The translations under genes and the position numbers were made by a program. The notes beneath the pieces were generated by a model. It saw only the letters and a program-made list of their open reading frames with translations. It searched no databases and was not told the origin of the DNA. Below, one piece after another: positions 1 through 7,627 of a DNA stretch of 60,335 nt. Source of the stretch: Candidatus Woesearchaeota archaeon (GTDB lineage: Archaea; Nanobdellota; Nanobdellia; Pacearchaeales; GW2011-AR1). Position 1 is the stretch's first letter; every line of letters begins with the position of its first letter. Location of the stretch: contig CAZSQR010000001.1 of assembly GCA_964609265.1 (NCBI GenBank), positions 1 to 60,335 on the forward strand, read 5' to 3'.

Positions 1-1007
1 AGGACTTTTTCAGAAAAATCTCCGTCCTCGCCGAAAGGTATTTCCCTTGCAAAAAAATACCTTAGTGCATCTAAACCATATCTCTCAACAAGATAAACAG
101 GAGAAATAGCATTTCCCAGAGATTTTGAAATTTTCTGCCTGTTTATAGTTAAAAACCCGTGTGCAAATATTTTTTTAGGTAATTCATATCCTGCTGAGAG
201 CAACATAGCAGGCCATATCACAGCATGAAATCTAAGAATATCTTTGCCGATAATATGCAAATCTGCTGGCCAGCTCTTGCTTCCTGAAATATAATTAAGC
301 AAAGCATCAAACCAGACCCAAAAAACCTGATTTTTATCTACAGGCAAATTAATCCCCCACCCATAATCTGGCCTGGATATGCTGATATCTTTAAGTCCTG
401 ATTTCAAAAAAGAAATAATTTCTTTTCTCTTGCTCTCAGGTTTAATAAAATCTTTATTTTTTTCTATATATTTCAAAACTTGATTCTGATATTTTTTAAG
501 CTTGAAAAAATAATTTTCCTCTTCTAATTTTACAGGTTTAGTTTTGTGGAATGGACACAACCCATTTACTAATTCTTTTTCAGTAATAAAAGCCTCGCAC
601 CCTTCACAATACAATCCCTTATATTTCCCTTTGTAGATATCTCCTTTCTTATTAACTTCATTAAAAAACTGCAAAACAACTTTTTTATGTCTTGCTTCAC
701 TCGTTCTGATAAATCCGTTATATTCTATTCTAAGTTTTTCCCAAACTTCCCGCCATTTTTTTGCCATGTCGTCCGTATATTTTTGGATATCTGTTCTTGT
801 TCCTTTTCCCAACTTTTGAGCAGCTTTATATGTTTTAACAGAATTTTCATCCAATCCTGTTAAAAAGAAAACATCCTCCCCGAGCAAACGATGCCACCTC
901 GAGATTATATCTGAAGAAACTATACAGTAAGCAGTTCCAACATGGGGAACATCATTCACATAATATATCGGTGTCGTAACATAAAATTTCTTTTTTTTTC
1001 CTGCCAT
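1..1007 (-). CDS. metG: Methionyl-tRNA synthetase, N-terminal part (gene continues past window start)
   Basis: Not in ORF track because it is open at the window edge. Reverse translation from ATG at 1007 gives MAGKKKKFYVTTPIYYVNDVPHVGTAYCIVSSDIISRWHRLLGEDVFFLTGLDE. It has a HIGH-type motif (PHVGTAY), a CEGC...CPFH knuckle and a KMSKS-type motif (KISKSLGN). Confidence 0.9.
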   Translation of the reverse strand, partial: MAGKKKKFYVTTPIYYVNDVPHVGTAYCIVSSDIISRWHRLLGEDVFFLTGLDENSVKTYKAAQKLGKGTRTDIQKYTDDMAKKWREVWEKLRIEYNGFIRTSEARHKKVVLQFFNEVNKKGDIYKGKYKGLYCEGCEAFITEKELVNGLCPFHKTKPVKLEEENYFFKLKKYQNQVLKYIEKNKDFIKPESKRKEIISFLKSGLKDISISRPDYGWGINLPVDKNQVFWVWFDALLNYISGSKSWPADLHIIGKDILRFHAVIWPAMLLSAGYELPKKIFAHGFLTINRQKISKSLGNAISPVYLVERYGLDALRYFFAREIPFGEDGDFSEKV

Positions 1008-1068
1008 ATTCTCTTTACAAGAAGTAAATATAAAAACTTAACTAAACTTTAAAACGAAAAATGAAGAA

Positions 1069-1139
1069 GCAGCTTTAGTTTAGTGGAAGAACACGAGATT
1101 CCCAATCTCGGAACGCGGGTTCAATTCCCGCAAGCTGCA
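1069..1139 (+). tRNA. tRNA-Gly (anticodon CCC)
   Basis: Acceptor gcagctt/aagctgc, anticodon stem cgaga/tctcg with loop ttCCCaa, T arm gcggg-ttcaatt-cccgc, discriminator A. Confidence 0.85.
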
Positions 1140-1201
1140 CTTAAACTAACCACGCCAAAAATCTCAGAAAATTATTTAAACAAGAACCTGCTTCCCTAAT
1201 T

Positions 1202-1897
1202 ATGTTCAAGAAGAAAAGATGCAGAAATTGCGGAAAAAGAATAAATAACGATTACGACTTTTGCCCTTACTGCGGAGCTCAATTAAAAGATTTATTTGAG
1301 AAAGATAGCGAAGACTGGGGCTTGCTGGGTAAAGATGACTTTAATCACGACGGGATAAAACTTCCAATGGGCTTCAACACACTGTTTAATTCTCTTCTTA
1401 AAAATCTTAACAAGCAAATAGGTGAATTTGAAGATATGAAAAAAGAGAAAACAATGAAAGAGAGAAAAGGGGGAATAGGAATAAGTATCTACACATCTGG
1501 AGACAAGCCGCCTAAAATAAAGGTAACTTCTTTTGGGAACATCCCTAAATTTAAAGAAAGAGAAAAAAAGACGGAAGAAAGTATAAAGAAGATTAAAAAT
1601 CTCCCTCAGATAAGTTCTAAAAAATTTTCAGGGCTTCCAAAAAAAGAGCCTGAAACAAACATAAGAAGGTTCTCAGACAAAATTGTTTATGAAATAAAAA
1701 TGCCTGAGGTAAAATCAATAAAAGATGTCTCTATAACCCAGCTCGAAAGCAGCATCGAAATAAAAGCACTCGCAACTCCGAAAGGCAAAAAAAATAAAAG
1801 ATATGTTTATTCCAAAATAATTTCTGTAAACCTGCCGATAAAAAAATACAATTTATCAAAAGAAAAACTTGTTCTTGAATTAGAAACGCAAGAATAA
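1202..1897 (+). CDS. Zinc-ribbon protein with C-terminal Hsp20/alpha-crystallin-like beta-sandwich
   Basis: N-terminus CRNCGKRINNDYDFCPYCG (CxxC...CxxC). The C-terminal IVYEIKMPEVKSIKDVSITQLESSIEIKA...YSKIISVNLPIKKYNLSKEKLVLELE follows the ACD pattern. Confidence 0.5.
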   Translation: MFKKKRCRNCGKRINNDYDFCPYCGAQLKDLFEKDSEDWGLLGKDDFNHDGIKLPMGFNTLFNSLLKNLNKQIGEFEDMKKEKTMKERKGGIGISIYTSGDKPPKIKVTSFGNIPKFKEREKKTEESIKKIKNLPQISSKKFSGLPKKEPETNIRRFSDKIVYEIKMPEVKSIKDVSITQLESSIEIKALATPKGKKNKRYVYSKIISVNLPIKKYNLSKEKLVLELETQE

Positions 1898-1964
1898 ATT
1901 TTTTCTAGATTTTTCAATAAACTTATAAATTATAAATTTCTGATATTATAAGGATTAAGAGGAA

Positions 1965-3686
1965 ATGTTTAGCCCATTTATACAATTTGGATTTGTAATC
2001 TTGGTTGTCTTAGGTGTTTCAATTGTGATGAGATTGCTCAAACAACCTTTGATAATTGGATATATTTTATCAGGAATTTTAGTCGGACCTTTTTTCCTGA
2101 ATTTAATTCAGAGCAATGAAACAATAAATGTTTTTTCAGAGATGGGGATTGCTTTTTTGTTGTTTATTGTCGGATTGCATTTATCTCCTAAAGTTTTAAA
2201 ACATGTCGGTAAAATTTCTTTGATTACTGGCTTAGGGCAGATATTATTTACTTCTTTAATCGGATACTTCATAGGAAAATTGTTGGGATTTTCAGTAATA
2301 ACTTCTGTATATATTGCAATAGCCCTAACTTTTTCTTCTACAATTATTATTATGAAACTTCTTTCAGATAAAGATGCTTTAGAAAAACTTTATGGAAAAA
2401 TTTCAATAGGATTTTTATTAGTCCAGGATTTAGTAGCTATTTTGATTTTAATTGTTGTTTCATCTTTGGCGAGCGGGGCAGGAGCTGGTGATATTTTATT
2501 TTCTACTATTATAAAAGGAATTATTCTTGTCGCTATTTTGATACCAATCAGTTATTACATTCTTCCTAAATTAAGTGATTTTTTCGCAAAATCGCAGGAA
2601 TTCTTGTTTGTCTTTGCTATTTCATGGGGCTTGGGATTGTCTCTTCTTTTTCTTTATGCAGGTTTTTCAATTGAAGTCGGTGCATTAATCGCAGGAGTTA
2701 TGCTTTCGATATCTCCTTATAATTTTGAAATTAGCTCAAAGTTAAAACCTTTAAGAGATTTCTTTATAATTTCCTTTTTCATTATTTTGGGAAGCCAGAT
2801 GGCTTTTGGAGACATAAGTTATTTAGTTTTGCCAGCAGTAACCTTTTCTCTTTTTATCTTGATAGGAAATCCTTTGATAGTCATGATTTTAATGGGGTTG
2901 CTTGGGTATAGCAAAAAAACAGGTTTCATGGCAGGGCTTACTGTTGCTCAAATCTCTGAATTCTCATTAATCTTGATTGCCCTTGGAGTCAAAATCGGAC
3001 ATTTGACTCAAGAGATATTATCCTTTGTTACAATGATAGGATTACTGACTATCGCAGGTTCAACATACTTAATTATTTATTCAGACGCAATCTTCAAAAA
3101 GATAGGGAAATTTTTAACACTTTTTGAAAGGAAAAAAGTTAAAGAAAAGGAGATCCCAAAAAAGAATTATAATTATATCCTTTTAGGTTATAATAGAATT
3201 GGATTTTCAGTAGTAAAATCTTTTTCAAAAATAACCAAGAACTTTTTAATTGTAGATTATAATCCCCAGGTTGTTAAAGAATTGCAAAAAGAAGGAATTG
3301 ATGCAATTTATGGTGATGTTGATGATTCAGAATTTTTAGAAAATTTAAGAATGGATAAAGCTTCTCTAATTGTTTCCACAGTTCCTGAAAAAGAAACAAA
3401 TCAATTAATTTTAGATGTTTTAGAAAGAAGCAAATCCAAGCCAGTTGTTCTTTTGACAGCAAGACAAATTGAAGATGCTCTTGAGTTATACGACGCAGGA
3501 GCAGATTATGTAATCTTGCCCCACTTTTTAGGAGGAGAGTATACTGCAAAATTAATTGAAAATGCAAAAAATAACCATAAAATATACCAAAAAGAAAAAG
3601 AAAAAGAATTAATAATTTTAAAAGAAAGATTAAAAAAAGGACAGCAGCATCCGAAGATTGAAAAAGAAAAAAAATGGAGTTATTAA
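1965..3686 (+). CDS. Cation:proton antiporter (CPA2/Kef-like) with C-terminal TrkA-N/RCK domain
   Basis: About 12 hydrophobic helices, then a Rossmann-like segment ILLGYNRIGFSVVKSF...DAIYGDVDDSEFLE typical of TrkA-N. Confidence 0.85.
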   Translation: MFSPFIQFGFVILVVLGVSIVMRLLKQPLIIGYILSGILVGPFFLNLIQSNETINVFSEMGIAFLLFIVGLHLSPKVLKHVGKISLITGLGQILFTSLIGYFIGKLLGFSVITSVYIAIALTFSSTIIIMKLLSDKDALEKLYGKISIGFLLVQDLVAILILIVVSSLASGAGAGDILFSTIIKGIILVAILIPISYYILPKLSDFFAKSQEFLFVFAISWGLGLSLLFLYAGFSIEVGALIAGVMLSISPYNFEISSKLKPLRDFFIISFFIILGSQMAFGDISYLVLPAVTFSLFILIGNPLIVMILMGLLGYSKKTGFMAGLTVAQISEFSLILIALGVKIGHLTQEILSFVTMIGLLTIAGSTYLIIYSDAIFKKIGKFLTLFERKKVKEKEIPKKNYNYILLGYNRIGFSVVKSFSKITKNFLIVDYNPQVVKELQKEGIDAIYGDVDDSEFLENLRMDKASLIVSTVPEKETNQLILDVLERSKSKPVVLLTARQIEDALELYDAGADYVILPHFLGGEYTAKLIENAKNNHKIYQKEKEKELIILKERLKKGQQHPKIEKEKKWSY

Positions 3687-3700
3687 ATAAGAACTAACAA

Positions 3701-3712
3701 AACTTATAAATA
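3701..3712 (+). promoter_or_regulatory. TATA-like box (aacttataaata) upstream of tRNA-Ile
   Basis: Centre is about 29 nt upstream of tRNA 5' end (3736). The same AACTTATAAA-type element recurs upstream of many genes here. Confidence 0.55.
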
Positions 3713-3735
3713 CATTTCTTCTTTCAGATTTTAAT

Positions 3736-3861
3736 GAGCCCGTAGCTCAGCCTGGTTAGAGCACTACTCTGATAACATCAAAAATCAGGGATTTTTGGGG
3801 TGTTCCAAAATCTTCGATTTCAGACAGGTAGGGGTCCTCGGTTCAAATCCGAGCGGGCTCA
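3736..3861 (+). tRNA. tRNA-Ile (anticodon GAU) with an intron of about 51 nt at the canonical 37/38 position
   Basis: Acceptor gagcccg/cgggctc, D arm gctc-agcctggtta-gagc, anticodon stem ctact/ggtag, loop ctGATaa. Intron is roughly 3775-3825. T arm ctcgg-ttcaaat-ccgag. Confidence 0.85.
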
Positions 3862-3903
3862 TTTTTTAACAAGTTTTAAAAACCAATTTTTTCTCAATAA
3901 AAC

Positions 3904-4476
3904 ATGACACGCGGAATGTATCATTACATAAAACAAGCCTGGAAAAAGCCAAGCAGGGAAATACTCAGAAAAAGGATGATTGATTGGAGAAAAAGTCAGG
4001 CAGTTGTGAAAGTTGACAAACCATTAAGACTTGACAGAGCAAGAGCTTTAGGTTATAAAGACAAAAAAGGTTTTGTTGTTGCCCGTATCAGGATTTTAAG
4101 AGGCGGTCATAAAAGGTCAAGACCAAACAAAGGACGCAGGAGCAAAAGGCTGCACACGAGAAAAACACTAAGGATGAACTACAAATGGATTGCAGAGCAG
4201 AGAACAGCAAGAAAATTCAAAAATCTTGAAGTTTTAAATTCATATCTGATTGGCAAGGACGGAAAACATTATTTTTATGAAGTAATTCTTGTAGACCCTG
4301 AAAGGCCTGAAATAAAAAACGACAAAACAATAAATTGGATAACAAAGAAAGAAAACAGAAAGCGCCCAATGCGCGGACTTACCAGTGCTGGAAAAAAAGC
4401 TCGTGGGCTAAGAAGCAAAAGCCGCGAAATAAAGACCAGACCAAGCCTGAGAGCAAGAGGGAGGTTGGGAAAATAA
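3904..4476 (+). CDS. rpl15e: 50S ribosomal protein L15e
   Basis: MYHYIKQAWKKP...LRLDRARALGYKDKKGFVVARIRILRGGHKRSRPNKGRRSKR is the classic L15e sequence. Confidence 0.9.
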   Translation: MTRGMYHYIKQAWKKPSREILRKRMIDWRKSQAVVKVDKPLRLDRARALGYKDKKGFVVARIRILRGGHKRSRPNKGRRSKRLHTRKTLRMNYKWIAEQRTARKFKNLEVLNSYLIGKDGKHYFYEVILVDPERPEIKNDKTINWITKKENRKRPMRGLTSAGKKARGLRSKSREIKTRPSLRARGRLGK

Positions 4477-4482
4477 TAACAA

Positions 4483-4494
4483 AACTTATAAAAA
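4483..4494 (+). promoter_or_regulatory. TATA-like box upstream of 4516 CDS (leaderless spacing)
   Basis: aacttataaaaa, centred about 27 nt upstream of ATG 4516. Confidence 0.5.
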
Positions 4495-4515
4495 CCTATT
4501 TTCCTTTTTTTCATA

Positions 4516-4797
4516 ATGCTTTCAAGCTCACCAATTGACTTGGACAAAATCCCTGAAAAAGAGATTGATAAAGAAATTCTTAGACTTGGAATGATTGCAG
4601 AACTTGACGCTGTAAATCTTTATGAGCAACTTTCAGCAAAGACAAAAAGTAAGAAAATCAAAGCTGCTCTTCTGGATATAGCAAAAGAAGAAAAAACCCA
4701 TGTCGGAGAATTCCAGGCACTGCTTCTTGAATTAGACAAAGAACAAGTTAAAGAACTTGAAGAAGGAAAAAAAGAAGTTAAAGAATTAACAGAATAA
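4516..4797 (+). CDS. Small ferritin-like / encapsulated-ferritin (EncFtn/Flp)-like protein
   Basis: AELDAVNLYEQL...DIAKEEKTHVGEFQALLLELD. The E...EExxH di-iron pattern and size (93 aa) resemble EncFtn-type ferritin-like proteins. Assigned from memory, not searched. Confidence 0.5.
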   Translation: MLSSSPIDLDKIPEKEIDKEILRLGMIAELDAVNLYEQLSAKTKSKKIKAALLDIAKEEKTHVGEFQALLLELDKEQVKELEEGKKEVKELTE

Positions 4798-4838
4798 ACT
4801 TAAAAACTTCTTTTTCTTAAAAAATTTACAAAAAAGAG

Positions 4839-5108
4839 ATGGAATCAATATATACTATAATTGGAGCAATCGGATTAATTTTAATTATAATCGGTGTTTT
4901 AATAAAAAACAAAAATAGGAAAATAAGAGATATAGTCTATATTTTTGGCGGCGCGTTTTTAGCAACATACAGTATTCACATTAAAGATATTATATTTATC
5001 ATTCTACAAATTGTATTTGTGCTTGTAGCTATCTATGATCTAAAATTGCAGATTAAAAAAACCAAAAAAGCCAAGTCAGGCGGGAAGATAATAAAAAAGA
5101 AAAAATGA
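4839..5108 (+). CDS. Small membrane protein (3 predicted helices, K-rich tail)
   Basis: Hydrophobic segments IIGAIGLILIIIGVLI, IFGGAFLATYSI and IIFIILQIVFVLVAIY. 4-nt overlap with lig start. Confidence 0.4.
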   Translation: MESIYTIIGAIGLILIIIGVLIKNKNRKIRDIVYIFGGAFLATYSIHIKDIIFIILQIVFVLVAIYDLKLQIKKTKKAKSGGKIIKKKK

Positions 5109-6835
5109 AATATCAAAAACTTGCTGAGCTTTATGAAGAGCTTTCCAGCACAACAAAAAGACTTGAGAAGATTTCGATACTTTCAAAGTTTCTGAAACAG
5201 CTTAACGAAAAAGACAGAGATGTTCTTTATCTTTTGCTTGGAGAGATTTACCCTGATTATGATGAGCGCCGCATTGGAATTTCAAATCAATTGGCAATAA
5301 AAGCAATTACAAAATCCACTGGAACAGAAAAAAGTCAGGTTATCCAAGAATGGAAAAAAATAGGGGATTTAGGAAAGGTTTCTGAAGCTTTGACACAAAA
5401 GAAAAAACAATCAACACTTCACAGGCATGTCATAACAACAGAAAAAGTCCTTGAAAACCTTAGAAAGTTACCTGAACTTCAGGGGAAAGGAACAGTCGGA
5501 AAAAAATTATCATTAATCACTGAATTATTAACTTCTGCTTCCCCGCTGGAATCAAAATATCTCGTAAGAACATTAATCGGAGATTTGAGAATTGGAGTAA
5601 AAGAAAGCACCATAAGAGATGCAATGATTTCTGCATTTTTTCCTAATAGTGACAAAAAAATTGAGGTAAGAAAGGCAATCCAGTCTGCCATAAATAATTC
5701 TAATGATATTGCTGTTACTTTCGACGTTGCAAAAAAAGGAAAGCTAAAAGATTTTGATAAAGTTAGCATAGAAGTTGGAAAGCCGGTAAAGGTAATGCTC
5801 GCACAGAAAGCAAAAACAATTAAAGAAGCATTTAAGGCAGTTGGAAAGCCGTGTGCAATTGAATACAAATACGATGGCTTCAGGCTTTTAATACACAAAA
5901 AAGGTTCTGATATCTCACTTTTCACAAGGAGCCTTGAAAATGTTACCAGGCAGTTTCCAGAAGTTGTTGAATATGTAAAAGAATATATCAAAGGAAAATC
6001 TTTTATTCTTGACTCTGAAGCTGTTGGCTACCACAAAAAGACAGGAGAGTACAGGCCGTTCCAGGAAATCAGCCAGAGAATAAGAAGAAAATATGATATT
6101 GAAAAGATGCAAAAAGAACTGCCTGTTGAAATTAATGTTTTTGATATTCTTTATTACAACGGAAAATCCTTGATTGATGAGCCGTTTGGAAAAAGAAGCT
6201 CTCTCCTCAGAAAAATAATAAAAAATCATCCTTACAAAATAATCTACTCAAAACAGATAATAACCTCGGATGAAAAAAGAGCAGAAAAGTTTTACAAAAA
6301 GTCTCTTAAAGAAAATCAGGAAGGTGTAATGTTCAAGAATCTCAAAGCAATTTATCAGCCAGGCAGCAGAGTTGGACACATGTTAAAAGTTAAGCCAGAA
6401 GAGCGTGATCTTGACCTGGTTATTACAGGCGGCGAATACGGCACAGGAAAGCGTTTTGGCTGGCTCTCAAGTTTTATTCTTTCATGCTATGACTCTAAAA
6501 ACAAAAAATTCCTTGAGGTAGGAAAAATGGGAACCGGCATTAAGGAAAAAGCCACACAAAAAACAGATATCAATATTTCTTTTAATGAATTGACAGAAAA
6601 ACTTAAACCATATTTCATTGAAGAAAAAGGGAAAAAAGTTAAAATCAAGCCAAAAATTGTAGTTTCAGTGACATACCAGGAGATTCAGCGCTCTCCAAAT
6701 TACAACTCTGGCTTTGCCTTGAGATTCCCAAGATTCACCACTCTCAGGCCAGACAAAAATCCAAGCGACACGACCACTCTTAAAGAACTTAAAAAAGACT
6801 ATGAAAATCAAAAAAGAAATTGGAGATATGGGTAA
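5105..6835 (+). CDS. lig: ATP-dependent DNA ligase
   Basis: Adenylation motif I EYKYDGFRLLIH, motif EGVMFK, LKVKPE, and OB-domain tail ALRFPRFTTLRPDK. Confidence 0.92.
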   Translation: MKYQKLAELYEELSSTTKRLEKISILSKFLKQLNEKDRDVLYLLLGEIYPDYDERRIGISNQLAIKAITKSTGTEKSQVIQEWKKIGDLGKVSEALTQKKKQSTLHRHVITTEKVLENLRKLPELQGKGTVGKKLSLITELLTSASPLESKYLVRTLIGDLRIGVKESTIRDAMISAFFPNSDKKIEVRKAIQSAINNSNDIAVTFDVAKKGKLKDFDKVSIEVGKPVKVMLAQKAKTIKEAFKAVGKPCAIEYKYDGFRLLIHKKGSDISLFTRSLENVTRQFPEVVEYVKEYIKGKSFILDSEAVGYHKKTGEYRPFQEISQRIRRKYDIEKMQKELPVEINVFDILYYNGKSLIDEPFGKRSSLLRKIIKNHPYKIIYSKQIITSDEKRAEKFYKKSLKENQEGVMFKNLKAIYQPGSRVGHMLKVKPEERDLDLVITGGEYGTGKRFGWLSSFILSCYDSKNKKFLEVGKMGTGIKEKATQKTDINISFNELTEKLKPYFIEEKGKKVKIKPKIVVSVTYQEIQRSPNYNSGFALRFPRFTTLRPDKNPSDTTTLKELKKDYENQKRNWRYG

Positions 6836-6901
6836 TGGAAAAAGAAAACTTTTAAAATTGTTAAACCAGTCTTGCTTTTTATATCTCCTTCTGAATTTTC
6901 A

Positions 6902-6920
6902 TTTATAAATCTTTATAAAG
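6902..6920 (+). promoter_or_regulatory. Tandem TATA-like boxes upstream of tbp
   Basis: tttataaat + ctttataaag. The second is centred about 30 nt upstream of ATG 6946. Confidence 0.5.
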
Positions 6921-6945
6921 GAATTTTCTCTTAATTTATAATAAA

Positions 6946-7515
6946 ATGACAAAGTCAGCAAACCAGGCAAGCAACTATAAAATCCAGAATATTGTTGCAA
7001 CAACCTCTCTTGAAAAGCTTATTCCTCTGACAAAACTGGCGAGAACACAGCCAAACACAGAATACAATCCAGAAACATTTCCCGGTCTGGTTCTTAGAAT
7101 TAAGGAGCCAAAATCAGCTGTCCTTGTCTTTTCTTCTGGAAATCTTGTATGCACCGGGACAAAATCAGTAGCCCAGGTAAAAAAAGTAATTCAGGCAGTC
7201 ATAAAGCAGCTAAAAAAAATCAATGTCAAAATAACAACAAAACCAAAAATAACTGTCCAGAACATAGTAGCTTCTGGGATGATAAATCTAAAACTTAACC
7301 TGAACTTTCTGGCTTTGGAAATGGAAAACACAGAATACGAACCAGAGCAGTTTCCAGGACTTGTTTATAAGCTGATAGAGCCAAACGCAACTTTTCTTTT
7401 GTTCAGCAACGGAAAACTTGTATGCACCGGGACAAAAAACAAGCAGCAGCTTGAATATAGCATGGATCTTCTCTTAAAAAACGTTAAGGCTGTTCTGAAG
7501 AATTACAAAAAATAA
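6946..7515 (+). CDS. tbp: TATA-box binding protein
   Basis: Two direct repeats: IQNIVATTSL...YNPETFPGLVLRIKEPKSAVLVFSSGNLVCTG and VQNIVASGMI...YEPEQFPGLVYKLIEPNATFLLFSNGKLVCTG. Confidence 0.92.
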   Translation: MTKSANQASNYKIQNIVATTSLEKLIPLTKLARTQPNTEYNPETFPGLVLRIKEPKSAVLVFSSGNLVCTGTKSVAQVKKVIQAVIKQLKKINVKITTKPKITVQNIVASGMINLKLNLNFLALEMENTEYEPEQFPGLVYKLIEPNATFLLFSNGKLVCTGTKNKQQLEYSMDLLLKNVKAVLKNYKK

Positions 7516-7597
7516 AAATCCGCTTATTTTAATTACAAAATAATTTTTCTCCCAAAAATCATCTAAATTCTAAAGCTACCCAATAGTTTACAATAAA

Positions 7598-7606
7598 GTA
7601 TAAAAA
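7598..7606 (+). promoter_or_regulatory. TATA-like box upstream of mcm
   Basis: gtataaaaa, centred 26 nt upstream of ATG 7628. This favours ATG 7628 over GTG 7622. Confidence 0.5.
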
Positions 7607-7627
7607 CAAAGTCCTTTTTGCGTGAAT

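Noticed and set aside
4275-4547. ORFs 4275-4547 (-) and 4335-4538 (+) overlapping the rpl15e 3' end
   Set aside because: Alternative-frame or antisense ORFs within or adjacent to a highly conserved ribosomal protein gene. They are basic, low-complexity translations, and the 4483-4494 TATA box belongs to the 4516 gene.
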